From the NCBI RefSeq assembly GCF_018350175.1, contig NC_058369.1, positions 24,616,001-24,680,000 on the forward strand: a DNA stretch of 64,000 nt, read 5' to 3'. This document shows positions 52,768 to 64,000 of the stretch, one piece after another. Position numbers and translations under genes: made by a program. Below the pieces are notes generated by a model. It was not told where the DNA came from, ran no database searches, and saw nothing but the letters and a program-made list of their open reading frames with translations. Within the stretch, counting starts at the first letter, position 1. Every line of letters begins with the position of its first letter. Source of the stretch: Felis catus (lineage: Eukaryota).

Positions 52768-53660
52768 AGAAACCCCTCTAAAAACTGAAATTATAGTTAA
52801 TGAAAATTAATAACTGTACTAAGTCATCAAGAAACTTAGTTAAATCTCTTAGTGCATGGATAAGGATAAGCTTACCCAAAATATAAATATATTAAAAGGA
52901 AAATTACAGCATTTCAACAATATTTCTAGAAAACAAATCTGTAATATGGTTTCTGGCCTTCCAGAGACCCAAAGCCCTCCATATCAAAAGGGAGCCACAG
53001 CCCCTTTATTCGAGTTTACATGAGCAATATCTCTAATTATTGTGCAAGGCTGCCAGATGTTACGAATATTGCAAATAGATGAGAACCTTTCTAGGAGTAT
53101 AGGGTGTGGTCTTAGATGGAGAGAGTCCTATGAAAGAAAGGCAGAGTAGTACTAGAGAGAGAAAATCCAGTTTTGTAACCTGAGCAAGAACCAAGGAGGG
53201 GGCAGATCCATAGCTGTGTCTAGGGAATTTACAAATCTCGTGAGAACTTAGGGTTGTTTTTATTTCAATACTCTGAAAACAAATAATGTAAGGATATCCT
53301 TGATGATCACAGCAGCCATGACTATTGTGTCTGAGCAATATGTCCTGCCTTCAGGAATCACCTTAGGTCAATGAAAAAGGAAAAAAGATGGACTTGGGAA
53401 TCTAAATGATGTGTTCTCACTCAGTGAAAGGTAAGGGAGGTCAAGTTCCTCAGCATGAATCAAAGTTTCACAGAAGTTGAATATTGTAAATATGGTGGGA
53501 GAATTGAGTCACCATCCACCATACAGCAGGTTAGACCAGCAGACTGCCAAAGAACCCACCCAGAATAGTCAGTATCATATTTGTTACAAGTAGCAATTTA
53601 GCTAATGTGCTTAAATAAATATAGTTCAATTGAATTAGTAATAAGGAAATGTACTTAATT

Positions 53661-53770
53661 TCTTTTTTTTAAGTTTATTTTTACTAATTTCTACACCCAG
53701 CGTGGGGCTCAAACCCACAACCCAAGATGGAGAGTTGCATGTTCCTCCAACTGAGCACAGCCAGGCACCC
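53661..53770 (-). mobile_element. Short CanSINE
   Basis: Reverse head ...ccaggcaccc; TSD gtacttaatttct. Confidence 0.82.
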
Positions 53771-53961
53771 TGAAGTGTACTTAATTTCTAAATTGATTTA
53801 GGTTTTATAAAGGTGCAAGGGCTAAAAACAAAACAAAACCAAAAAAAAAAAAAAAAAACCAAAACAAACAAAAAATACACAAAAACTCCCCTACAATTAG
53901 AAGTATCATTACAATAATGATTTAAGTCAACTCTGGGGTTCTACAAATTATTTACTTTAAC

Positions 53962-54172
53962 TTTTTTTATGTTTATTTATTTTGAGAGAGACAGAGACAG
54001 TGTGAACAGGAGAGGAGTAGAAAGAGAGGGAGAGAGAGAGAGAGTCCCAGGCAGACTCTGTACTGTTAGTGCAGAGCCCAACATGGGGCTTGAACTCACA
54101 AAACAGTGAGATCATGACCTGAGCCGAAACTAAGAGTCAGACGTTTAACTCACTGAGCCACCCAGGAGCCCC
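53962..54172 (-). mobile_element. CanSINE
   Basis: Reverse SINE; caaattattta flanks. Confidence 0.9.
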
Positions 54173-56075
54173 AAATTATTTATTTTAAAAGGTATCTCAT
54201 CCAACTTTGAGAAACTCTGGTTAAGTCCTGAATCCCACATTTATTATCTGTTTAACCTTAAGCAAGTTCACAAAACTTTCTGAGCCTCAGTAAATAACAA
54301 TGGCCTCAGAAGTAACAATGGCTACTTCACAAAACTAAGGTCAGTCCTAATGAAATCAGAGAACATGCAAGTACTCAGTACAGTGCCTGGGGCTTAGTAA
54401 ATACCCAGTACAACACTCACCATCATCAATATTAACTACAAACACATTGTATTGTTTTCTTAAAGGATGATCATCTTATTGTTAATAATTAGTTTTTGCC
54501 CTCTATTAATTTCACATATGACTAGGAAAAGCATTCAAATTCTGAGCCTTATATTCCCTTCAATCTCTATGATCAGTTCTTGAAAGAAAGTAAATTGATT
54601 GAATTATTAGAAATAATAATACTACCTATGTAGGTGGTTTTACATGTATCCCAGGAAGAGAACTAGACCCTTAAGCACAATCTTTCTTATGTATAAAAGA
54701 GGAATAACAATATTAAACATTTGCAATGGCTTTACAAAGATTGGCTGATTGAAAAAGTTGCTAAGCAATTTATACATGAGGGTAAAATTTTCACTAGTGC
54801 AGCAAATTGCATCATTTGTTCAAAATATTCACTGTCCCTCTCTAGTCAGCTCATTCCTATATTCTCCTTCCCATAAAAAAAGAATCCTTTCTGCCTCTCT
54901 GACATCAGGTTTGGCCATGTGACTTATTTTGACGAATGCAATGCAAGTTGAAGTAACACATGCCATATCCAAACAAAAGGTGTAGGAGCCATCTTATGAG
55001 TAATCCATTCGTTTTTTCTTCTTTACAGTGAGACCGGCTCATCCAAGAAAAGGACCATTCCCTTCAGCCTGACAACCAGAATAAAGACAAGGTAGGGCAG
55101 CATTACAGACAACCCCTGGGAGAGAAATAAACCACTGAGATTTGGAGGTTGTTACCTCAACATAACCTAGCAATATCTGACAAATACATGCAGATCCCAC
55201 AAATGGAGGGCTAAAACAAAATTTTAACATTTTGGTTAAAATATAGAGGAGCATTTTCTCACTGATTCATCTCCCTCACTTCTTTCCTCCTTTTGCCATA
55301 ATACCAGTCTGGTAATGTTATTCTTTCAGGGATAAAATGTCTCATCTTAGGTCTCTAAATGCAAATCACTTGTAAGTGATGTCTTTTGAGGCACAGATAC
55401 ACATAACTAACCATTTTAACTGCGCCCAAATGTATTCTCTTTATCATTCCTGGGCACTGATTTCTTTCCTAACAAATAGCTGCTCCAAATGCTTGGACAT
55501 CAAGAGGAAGGCAATCATTGGAGAGGCCTGAAGGGGGATAAACCCTACTGAGATAATATAGTTATGCAAACAGCTCAAGTGAAGGGCAGGAAACATCAAT
55601 GGGTGTAGGCTAGAACTCACCACATCAATGGTTATCACGTGTGTGAGTGCCTGCCCTGGAGCACAATCCCATGAAGAGTCCAGTCATGTCTGGCCCAAGC
55701 ATGCCTCACCACAGGATGTCAAAGAAAGGGGCCCCATGCACCTGCTATCTGTGATTCCATCTTACAATGAATGGCTCTGTGCATTCCAGATTGCACCAAG
55801 TGATGCCACTGTCTTTCCGTGAGCCTTGTGCAAGACAGATGATTCAACCCTGATAGATCCTTAAAGGCAATAGCCATGTCTCATTCATCTTTGTATCCCA
55901 GTACTATTACACTTGTAATTAAAGGCCGCTTAGTGCAGAGCAGTTAAAAGCATGGGCTTTGAGTCAAGAGTTCAAGATTCAAATACCAGCTTCTCCACTT
56001 ACTTGTGTTAACAACCTTATGAATAGATGCTGTTAAGTACCCTTCTACTGTCCCTCTGACTTGAACATTTTAAAC

Positions 56076-56095
56076 TTTTTTAACATTTATTTATT

Positions 56096-56134
<39 letters not shown>

Positions 56135-56301
56135 ACGAGTGGGGGAGGGGCAGAGAGAGAGAGAGAGGGAGACACAGAATCCGAAGCAGGCTCCAAGCTC
56201 TGAGCTGTCAGCACAGAGCCCGAGATGGGGCCCGAACCTACAAACTGTGAGATCATGACCTGAGCCGAAGTCAGGCACTCAACTGAGCCACCCAGGCGCC
56301 C
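56076..56301 (-). mobile_element. CanSINE (felid type)
   Basis: TSD ctctgacttgaacatttta. Confidence 0.92.
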
Positions 56302-56459
56302 TCTGACTTGAACATTTTAGAGCAAAGGACTTTACACCACCAATATCAGCATCCCTGCTGAAGACTTCTTTTGAACCCTGGAAAACTACTCTGCTCTTGT
56401 AGGGTGCAAGATACAAGTTTGAGGAAAGTAACCACCTTCAAAAACAACTGGTTGAGATG

Positions 56460-56995
56460 TTTATATGTCTGTGCTCACCAAAGCATTATTCACAATATCC
56501 AAAAGGTAGAAACAAACCAAATGTCCATTGACAGATGAATGGATAAACAAAATGTGGTATGTAAATACAATGGAATATTATTCATCCTTAAAAAGGAATG
56601 AAATTCTCATTCATGCTACATCAAGGATAAGCCTTGAAAATATAACACTAAGTGAATTAAGCCAGATACAAAGGGACAAATATTATATGATTCCACTCAC
56701 ATGAGGTACCTAGGATAGTCAAATTCAAAGAGACAGAAAGTAGAATAATGGTTGCCAAGAGACTGGGGGCAGGAGGGAATGGGAAGTTAATGTTTAGTGG
56801 GTATAGAGTTTCCTTTTGGGTTGATGCAAAAATTCCGAAGATGGATGGTGGTAATGGTTTCACAACATCGTGCATGTACTTAAAACCACAAAGGTGTACA
56901 TTTAAAAATGGTTGAAATGGTAAATGTGTGCTACATATGTTTTACCACAATAAAAAAATAAGAATAATAAAAATATATTTTAAAAAAGAAAAGAA
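56460..56995 (+). mobile_element. Older L1M-type 3' end
   Basis: aaatgtccattgacagatgaatggataaacaaaatgtgg...tgattccactcacatgagg...ttttaccacaataaaaa, typical of old mammalian L1 3' ends. Confidence 0.8.
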
Positions 56996-58034
56996 AAAAA
57001 ATGACAGAAGCTGGTGGTTGGTTACACATCCCTGCTCGCTTAACCCTCATGTGAGATCATCCTAAGGGAGGGGTTTTACCCCATTTTCAGAGTCTCCTGG
57101 TGAGATTAAACTCCAGTCACCACTGGAGTAACTTCCTGAATAATGTCCCATCTGTTGTCTGCCTTCTCTTCCCTACCTCATACCCTGGTTCACCTACTGG
57201 TGATAGCAAATAATTACCTTCACAAGAATACTTGTCTCAGGGTTTGCCACTGAAGGCAAGTGTCTTAACTTCTCTAAACACTTACTTCCTCATCATGAGA
57301 AATAATACTTGGATCATGGACTTACTGTAAAAATTAAATGAGATTATTCTTAAACATGCTTAGCAAAATGCCTGCCACATAGTAGTTACTTATTAGCTTC
57401 GTGAACTTCTAGCCCAATAGTCACCTGTCTTTTAAACTAAGTCTCTCAGTTTCAGGAAGAGATTAAAAATCAAAGAGCTATCGTTTTCCATCTTCCACCC
57501 GATTAACACCTCCCATGATTTATCATTCGTCATTTAACCACAAGAGGCATGAAAAGGAACTAGAATTTTGCATCCAATTCAAGCCTTTGCTTAGAAGTGG
57601 GGTAAGCCCACAAAGGAAGTTAGATAAACTCCCAGATATAACAGATTTTCCAAGACAGACAGATCACCACCATACCCTCCTGACCTGGAGAATTAGGGAG
57701 CTATGGGGATAACAATACACAAACCTTAACTCTACCCTTTCTCTTTGCCTCCAAATGTACCATCTTAGCATCATTAAGGCTTATGATGAAGACTAAGATG
57801 CATTGAGTCTTTTCTGCTCTCTAGTGCACCAAATGAAACCATAGCATCAAGAAAATCCTTTGAAGTGCATCCTTTGCTAAGTACCATTTTATTTGCTTTG
57901 GTTTCTCTTTACTTGCTTGCCAAAATACACAGAGAATTTTGTTAGCACAGTGATCAACTGTGCCAATTAGCAAACCAGAGGAATAGGTTACTGACTCTGG
58001 TGGACTCTCATAAATAAAACTGATGAGAAATTCA

Positions 58035-58256
58035 GGGCACCTGGGTGGCTCAGTCAGTTAAACATCTGACTCTTGATTTCAGCTCTGGTCATGATCTCAG
58101 GGTCGTGAAATCAAGCCCCATGTCATTGGGCTCCACACTGGGCATGGAGCCTGCTTAAGATTCTCTCTCTCCTTCTCCCTCTGCCCCTTCCCTGCTCTCT
58201 CAATCAATCAATCAATCAATCAATAAATAAATAAATAAATAAATGTTAAAAAAAAA
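58035..58256 (+). mobile_element. CanSINE with (CAAT)n(AAAT)n tail
   Basis: TSD actgatgagaaattca. Confidence 0.9.
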
Positions 58257-60066
58257 GACTGATGAGAAATTCAATTTCTATACCCTACTTTTGTAGAAAA
58301 TGGCTTTCTGAATATGTGCTTTTTTAAAAGCTGAACAAAAATTGACTACACTTACATGTTAAAAAGGGAAGCTCTGTTACCAAAACAAATAAATAATAAA
58401 ATCCCAAATTATATCTTGTCCTTTATCATAATCCCCCAAAGCTTTTTTCTAACACCTCATATGTCCATAGCCTTCAATTTTGTTCTTATCTCTCACAATT
58501 ATATACAGGTGGCCAACCTAAGTACAAAGCATCTGACTGAAGGTAAACACCATCCATACTGGGCATGTCTAATGGTTTCCATCTTTGCCTCAATTACATT
58601 AAGTTTATAAGGCTCATACTTCTCCCTACATTACTGCCTATATTTTTCCATTTCCACTTACTTTTTATAAAATAATGACAAGATTCCAGAAATATTCAAA
58701 TAATCACACAAACTCTGCTATACAAATATGGTAAGTGCTGCTGAAATAAAACTACTTCTTGAGAGTTAAGATCATGATTATAATAGCTCAAAACATTGGT
58801 TCATAAGTTGAAGCACAGAAGTCAAGATTAATGTTATGAAAGGGACTTTAGCAATGTTACCATCTAAAGTACAAAGTGGTGTAAGTCATACAAAAGTAAA
58901 GTCATAGGCAACTGATATGCATAGGGCATTGAATGTGGTTCCAGCATATAACTCTCAGTTTTGTACATTTCAGGGAGTATACCATTTCCATTCGTGAACT
59001 TTCTTACACCACTTTCAGAAGCTGTATACTATGAATTTCCTTTTAGTCTAACCAAGTCAGTTTAATGCCAACTGTAAACATGTTCAAAGATTTTAAAACA
59101 AGAGCCATACTCTCTGTGCTCTACTCAAAACTCACTGAAAAGAACTTGGTCCCTGATGACATTTAGAGAGATTCTCAAAGCCAACAAGCAGTGTGGAGTC
59201 CCATTATAGAACAGGAGCATCTTCACTTGGAAAGTGGTCTTTTAAAGGTATTAAAACTGCATAAATTGTGTTTGGTCAATGGAATCATAATGGGCAGTGC
59301 TAGGATTCCCAAGACCATATTCACAATCTTTCTATTGCTTTCCAGGTCATTCTACTACTTGCTCATGCCAATTTCAAACCCTATACTCCCACAAACACCA
59401 AAAGCGGGTAGTTATTGCCATGAAAGTAGAATGAAAGAATAAAGAGAATCCAGCATCTTTGGTTGTGTCAGAGATGAAACCCCTTGATGGTTAAGTTCGA
59501 ACCTCATCTCCTTAATGGATCACAGGGTCTTCATGCCTTCACTCTGTCTGGCCTCTTTCATCATCTGGCATCCCCAGCTAAGCTAATCTCCAACTCCACA
59601 GGTCTACTTTCACCTCCCCAAATCCCAAATCTCCTATTCTCTTGCTCATCTTTGGACCTAGACTGTTCCTTCTACCATCAAAACAAAGGGCACCCCAGCT
59701 AACTCCACTTAGTGCTCCACCTCACCCTAGGTGTCACCTTCTTCAAGAAGCCCTCTTCAGCCTTCATCCATGAATCTCCTAAGCCCTCCGTGACACCCTG
59801 GGTGCTCCCCCATAATAGTTCCCATTACAATAGCCTGCTTATTTGTCTAGTGCCTCACTAAAGGCTACAATCCCAGAGCCCCTAAATATCACTTGCTCTG
59901 TTTACAGTTGCATTCCCTGTGCCCAGGAGAGGGCTGGCAAGAAGCAAGCACACGCACATTTGTTGAATATATAAGCACTTAACTCTTTGTTAATAAAGTC
60001 CATCATGAAAGTACACTAGCCATTCTTGTTTTCCAGGATAAAATAGCTAATAAAATGACAATTACT

Positions 60067-60241
60067 GGGGCACCAGGGTGGCTCAGTTGGTTGAGCGTCC
60101 AACTCTGGCTCAGGTCACGATCTCACGGGTTGTGGGTTCAAGCCCTACATCGGGCACTTTGCCGTTAGCGTGGAGCCCACTTTGGATCCTCCGTCTCCCT
60201 CTCTCTATGCCCCTCCCCCCGTCTCAAAAATAAACATTTAA
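60067..60241 (+). mobile_element. CanSINE
   Basis: TSD aaaatg(a/c)caattact. Confidence 0.9.
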
Positions 60242-60827
60242 AAAATGCCAATTACTTAATTCTTTGCATGAAAAAAACTATTGTAAAAAAATATCATTTT
60301 AGATCTGGAAAGAGACCAGATGATTTTGAAACATACCAAGAGATCCCCAAATAAGGAGAAAAGTAGTGGCAAAGCCAAAAATGGAACTCAGGTCGTTTGA
60401 CCCACAGGTCAGTACTCACATCTATATATCCAAAAGGATCTGCTCTGAAGTTATTCTAAGCAAGTATTCATGTTACTGAATTCAAGGTGGCCTGTCAGAG
60501 TATTTGAAGCCTGTGTACAAAAAGATAGTTTTGTCTTGGACTTAACAGAAAAGGTAAAGAATTTCCCTTGTGTACCCCTGCTAACTGTTCCATGCTTACA
60601 AGCCTAATGAACAGCAGCCACTGAAACTCAGTTGCCTTTGTATCCACCCAGCTCAAACAAGATCTATTTTCAACACGCTCCTAAGAATGCCAAACACATT
60701 CACAACCAAACCTCCTGCTTCCCGCACCCCACCCCCACCCTGCCATGGGGAACTTCCAGGAACAAGATGGTTAAAGGGCCAAAATGCAAAACAAAGAAGG
60801 GGTAGGAGGGAACTTTACCCAGAAAGA

Positions 60828-60888
60828 ACACACACACACAGACACACACACACACACACAGACACACACACACACACACACACACACA
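60828..60888. repeat. Interrupted (CA)n microsatellite
   Basis: Directly visible. Confidence 0.95.
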
Positions 60889-62930
60889 TCACAGGAAAGA
60901 AAGAAGATACATCAAAAGCCCTCCTCTGAGAGCCAAACGTGAAAGAGTCAACAACATTGCTCCCAGGATCCTGCCCTTTGAACCACAATCTTGCTCCTCC
61001 AGGTGATGACAGTTAACTTGGAGCTGGCTGAAAGGAAGGCAGCATGGTTAAACTGCCTTCAACTAGGCATTAGAAAGCCATCCTGGTAGGAGTTTGACAG
61101 CCACCAGTTCACCAAGAAAATAACCAGAGGACATCGCACCAATCCAACCACACATCTTGCAGAGCAGCTCAAACCTCCACCTTCAGAACAGAGTTCACCA
61201 ACAGGGCAACTCCAAAACCCTGTACTCACTTCAGTCACCTTGGACCCACAGAGGATGAACTTCCCACCTCGACCACACCCACCTTGTTTTAGAGAAACTT
61301 GCTACATAAGACCTAGTAACTACAATGCATAACTAGGTTTAGTTTTTCATATAAAACCCTGCCCTTTCTTATTATAATTAGCCACGCTGCTTTAGTGGAA
61401 AGCCTCTGACAGTCTGTATAAGGATCCGAGAGTATTCCTACAGAACAGTCACATTGCTCAATTCCCATTCAAGCTCTCGTCTTCTAAGCCACTAAGAAGT
61501 TGCCTTGAATTAATAGTTTGCTCTTAATACATTTACAGGGAATGCACTTTGCTGCCTGCAATTCATTCATACTCTGAAATCATGTAATGACAACTACCTT
61601 TAGGGGTAGAAAGCTGCAAGGCAGGGAAGGAAAAAAAAATGGAACAGGAACACTAACAGACCTGGCATGCACACACATGCACACGTGCAAACACACTGCA
61701 CACATATAAGAGAATCAAGTGAGCAAAATGTAGAATCTAAAGAACAAACCATGGCAAAGTACAGCTGCTTGTATAAGGCATCTATGATTACTGTCACTGG
61801 CCTTTCATCCACAGGTGTACCCCAGAGATGCCCTCCGACCCAACCCACACTTTTCATCCACTGGGGCCACAATCTCACTATTAACTTCCAAGAAAAAGTA
61901 ATCACTTAGTTCCTTCCTGAAAGTGCTGGCTGCCTTTCTTTCACTTCTCTTCATTCTCTTTTTAATTTTGTTGAGTGCCCACTAGGTGCCAGCAACTAGA
62001 GATTTCCTGGAACTTCAAAGCAATAAATCTGAAAGATGGAAGTGGAAAAGGAATGCCCAAAAGTTAAAAGCACAACCTGAGGCACAATGCTGGGAAACAG
62101 AGCCAGCCAAGGACTAAGGCAATCTGACAACGGCAGAAGCTGAACTGGCCTAAGAGAGGGGTGACCATTTATATGAGCAATTAAGTCAGTGTGGTTGTAG
62201 CCTTGACCTTCCCCAGCTGAGGCACAGTGAATAGCAAATCACAAAGAGGACTCAGCCCGAGCAGTGAAAGAAAGCCAGCCTGGCTCTTCCTGGTGCCTTT
62301 GCACTGACACTGGGTTCAGGGTTGTTTCTGCTGTAATCAAGGAGCCATACACTACTACTACGATGGCAAGCGATAATTTAGGAACCTTGAGGGTCAGGCA
62401 GATGCAGGTTCAGTTTCTAGATCTGCCACAGCATTAACTTTGAGCAAATCCTTCTGTTCATTTATTCAATCAACAGATATTTATTTGAGCATCTACTATG
62501 TGTTAAAGACTCTTTTAGGCACTGGGGATACAGCAAAAGGCAAAAGCTCTTCCCTTCATAGAGCTTAGCAAATTCTTTGAGCCTCAGTTTCCTCATCTAC
62601 AAAATGGGAATAATATACCTACCATTATAGGTAGTTTGAAATGAGGAATATAAAGCACCTAGCACATAATAAATGTTCAGTGAATGGTATCCTTCACAGA
62701 ACAGAGCTAACTTAGCTACAACTCCCAACTAGAGTGTGAGCTCCAGATGAAGAACTATCTCTGGTTTACCTCTATACCCCCCAGTACCTATCACATAGTA
62801 GGTGCTCAATGAGTATTTCACAAATCAATGAATGATTATTCAATCAATAGTAGCCATTATTATGGTAACTTATAATCATTATTCTTTCCCAAGCCACTGA
62901 GGTTCTATTACCTAAAAAAGCAACAGGGAA

Positions 62931-63140
62931 GGGGGCACCTGGGCAGCTCAGTCAGCTGAGCCTCCAACTCTTGATTTCAGCTCAGGTAATGATCCCAGGG
63001 TCCTGGGATCGAGCCCCACGTCAGGCTCTGCACTGAGCATGAAGCCTGCTTAAGATTCTTTTTCTTTCTCCCTCTGCCCCTCTCCCTTGTTCACTCTCTA
63101 GCTTTCTCTCTCTCACTCTAAAAAAAGTTAAAAAATAAAA
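62931..63140 (+). mobile_element. CanSINE
   Basis: Head, CT tract, A-tail. Confidence 0.88.
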
Positions 63141-63398
63141 AAATAACAAGGCGTTAAGTTAAAGCCTTTTTTAAATAAAAGTAAGGTGCACTACACAATA
63201 TATCTTCAGACTTCTTTTTACATAAAAGAGAATGTTACTAAACGTAAGTATTCCAATTCAAGAAATCTATTAGTATGGAGACTTGCATAGGCAGCTGACG
63301 CAGATGTCTGCCCACTGCTTTCCTAACCATAAAGTAAGGACAAGTTGGCCAGGTTTCAGGTTGATCCATAAGACACTTAAAAAGTACAGTTAAATGAT

Positions 63399-63510
63399 GG
63401 GGTGCCTGGCTGGCTCAGTCGGTAGAGCATGTGACTCCTGATCTTAGGGTCCAGGTTCGAGCCCTACATTATGTGTAGAGATTACATTAAAATAAAATCT
63501 TGTATAAAAG
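63399..63510 (+). mobile_element. Short CanSINE
   Basis: ggggtgcctggctggctcagtcggtagagcatgtgactc head, short A-rich tail. Confidence 0.85.
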
Positions 63511-63520
63511 AAAATACTTG

Positions 63521-63990
63521 ATAGCAGCACTCTCAACAATAGCCAAATTATGGAAAGAGCCTAAATGTCCATCAACTGATGAATGGATAAAGAAATTGTG
63601 GTTTATATACACAATGGAGTACTACGCGGCAATGAGAAAGAATGAAATATGGCCCTTTGTAGCAACGTGGATGGAACTGGAGAGTGTGATGCTAAGTGAA
63701 ATAAACCATACAGAGAAAGACAGATATCGTATGTTTTCACTCTTATGTGGATCCTGAGAAACTTAACAGGAACCCATGGGGGAGGGGAAGGAAAAAAAAA
63801 AAGAGAGAGGTTAGAGTGGGAGAGAGCCAAAGCATAAGAGACTCTTAAAAACTGAGAACAAACTGAGAGCTGATGGGAGGGTAGGAGGGAGGGGAGGGTG
63901 GATGATGGGTATTGAAGAGGGCATCTTTTGGGATGAGCACTGGGTGTTGTATGGAAACCAATTTGACAATAAATTTCATATATTTAAAAA
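63521..63990 (+). mobile_element. LINE-1 3' end inserted at the tail of a short SINE
   Basis: [35 protein letters not shown] followed by 3'UTR/polyA. aaaatactt is repeated at 63511-63519 and 63991-63999. Confidence 0.92.
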
Positions 63991-64000
63991 AAAATACTTA

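Overview
Mammalian (felid-type) genomic DNA: an AT-rich intronic region full of carnivore tRNA-derived SINEs (the youngest look like cat SINEC_Fc), L1 3' fragments, MaLR solo LTRs, MER DNA-transposon relics and microsatellites. The only protein-coding sequence I can support is one minus-strand exon of ERC2 (CAST1/ELKS2, presynaptic active-zone scaffold). The exon spans 37650-36854 and holds 140 nt of 5'UTR plus the first 219 codons, with canonical splice sites. Everything else is most simply ERC2 intron, with the flanking exons outside the window. The main unexplained structure is a non-repeat, CpG-rich promoter-like island at about 11440-12110, 25 kb inside the downstream ERC2 intron. It has CCAAT, GC-box, E-box, E2F and MYB motifs and a strong minus-strand splice donor. 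It suggests a nested, possibly germline-type transcription unit or an internal ERC2 promoter. Other notable items are a twin-primed 5'-inverted L1 that re-used a SINE's target site, a uORF and overlapping ATG at the ERC2 start, and inverted SINE pairs bracketing the exon. Repeat family names come from recognition, not database search.
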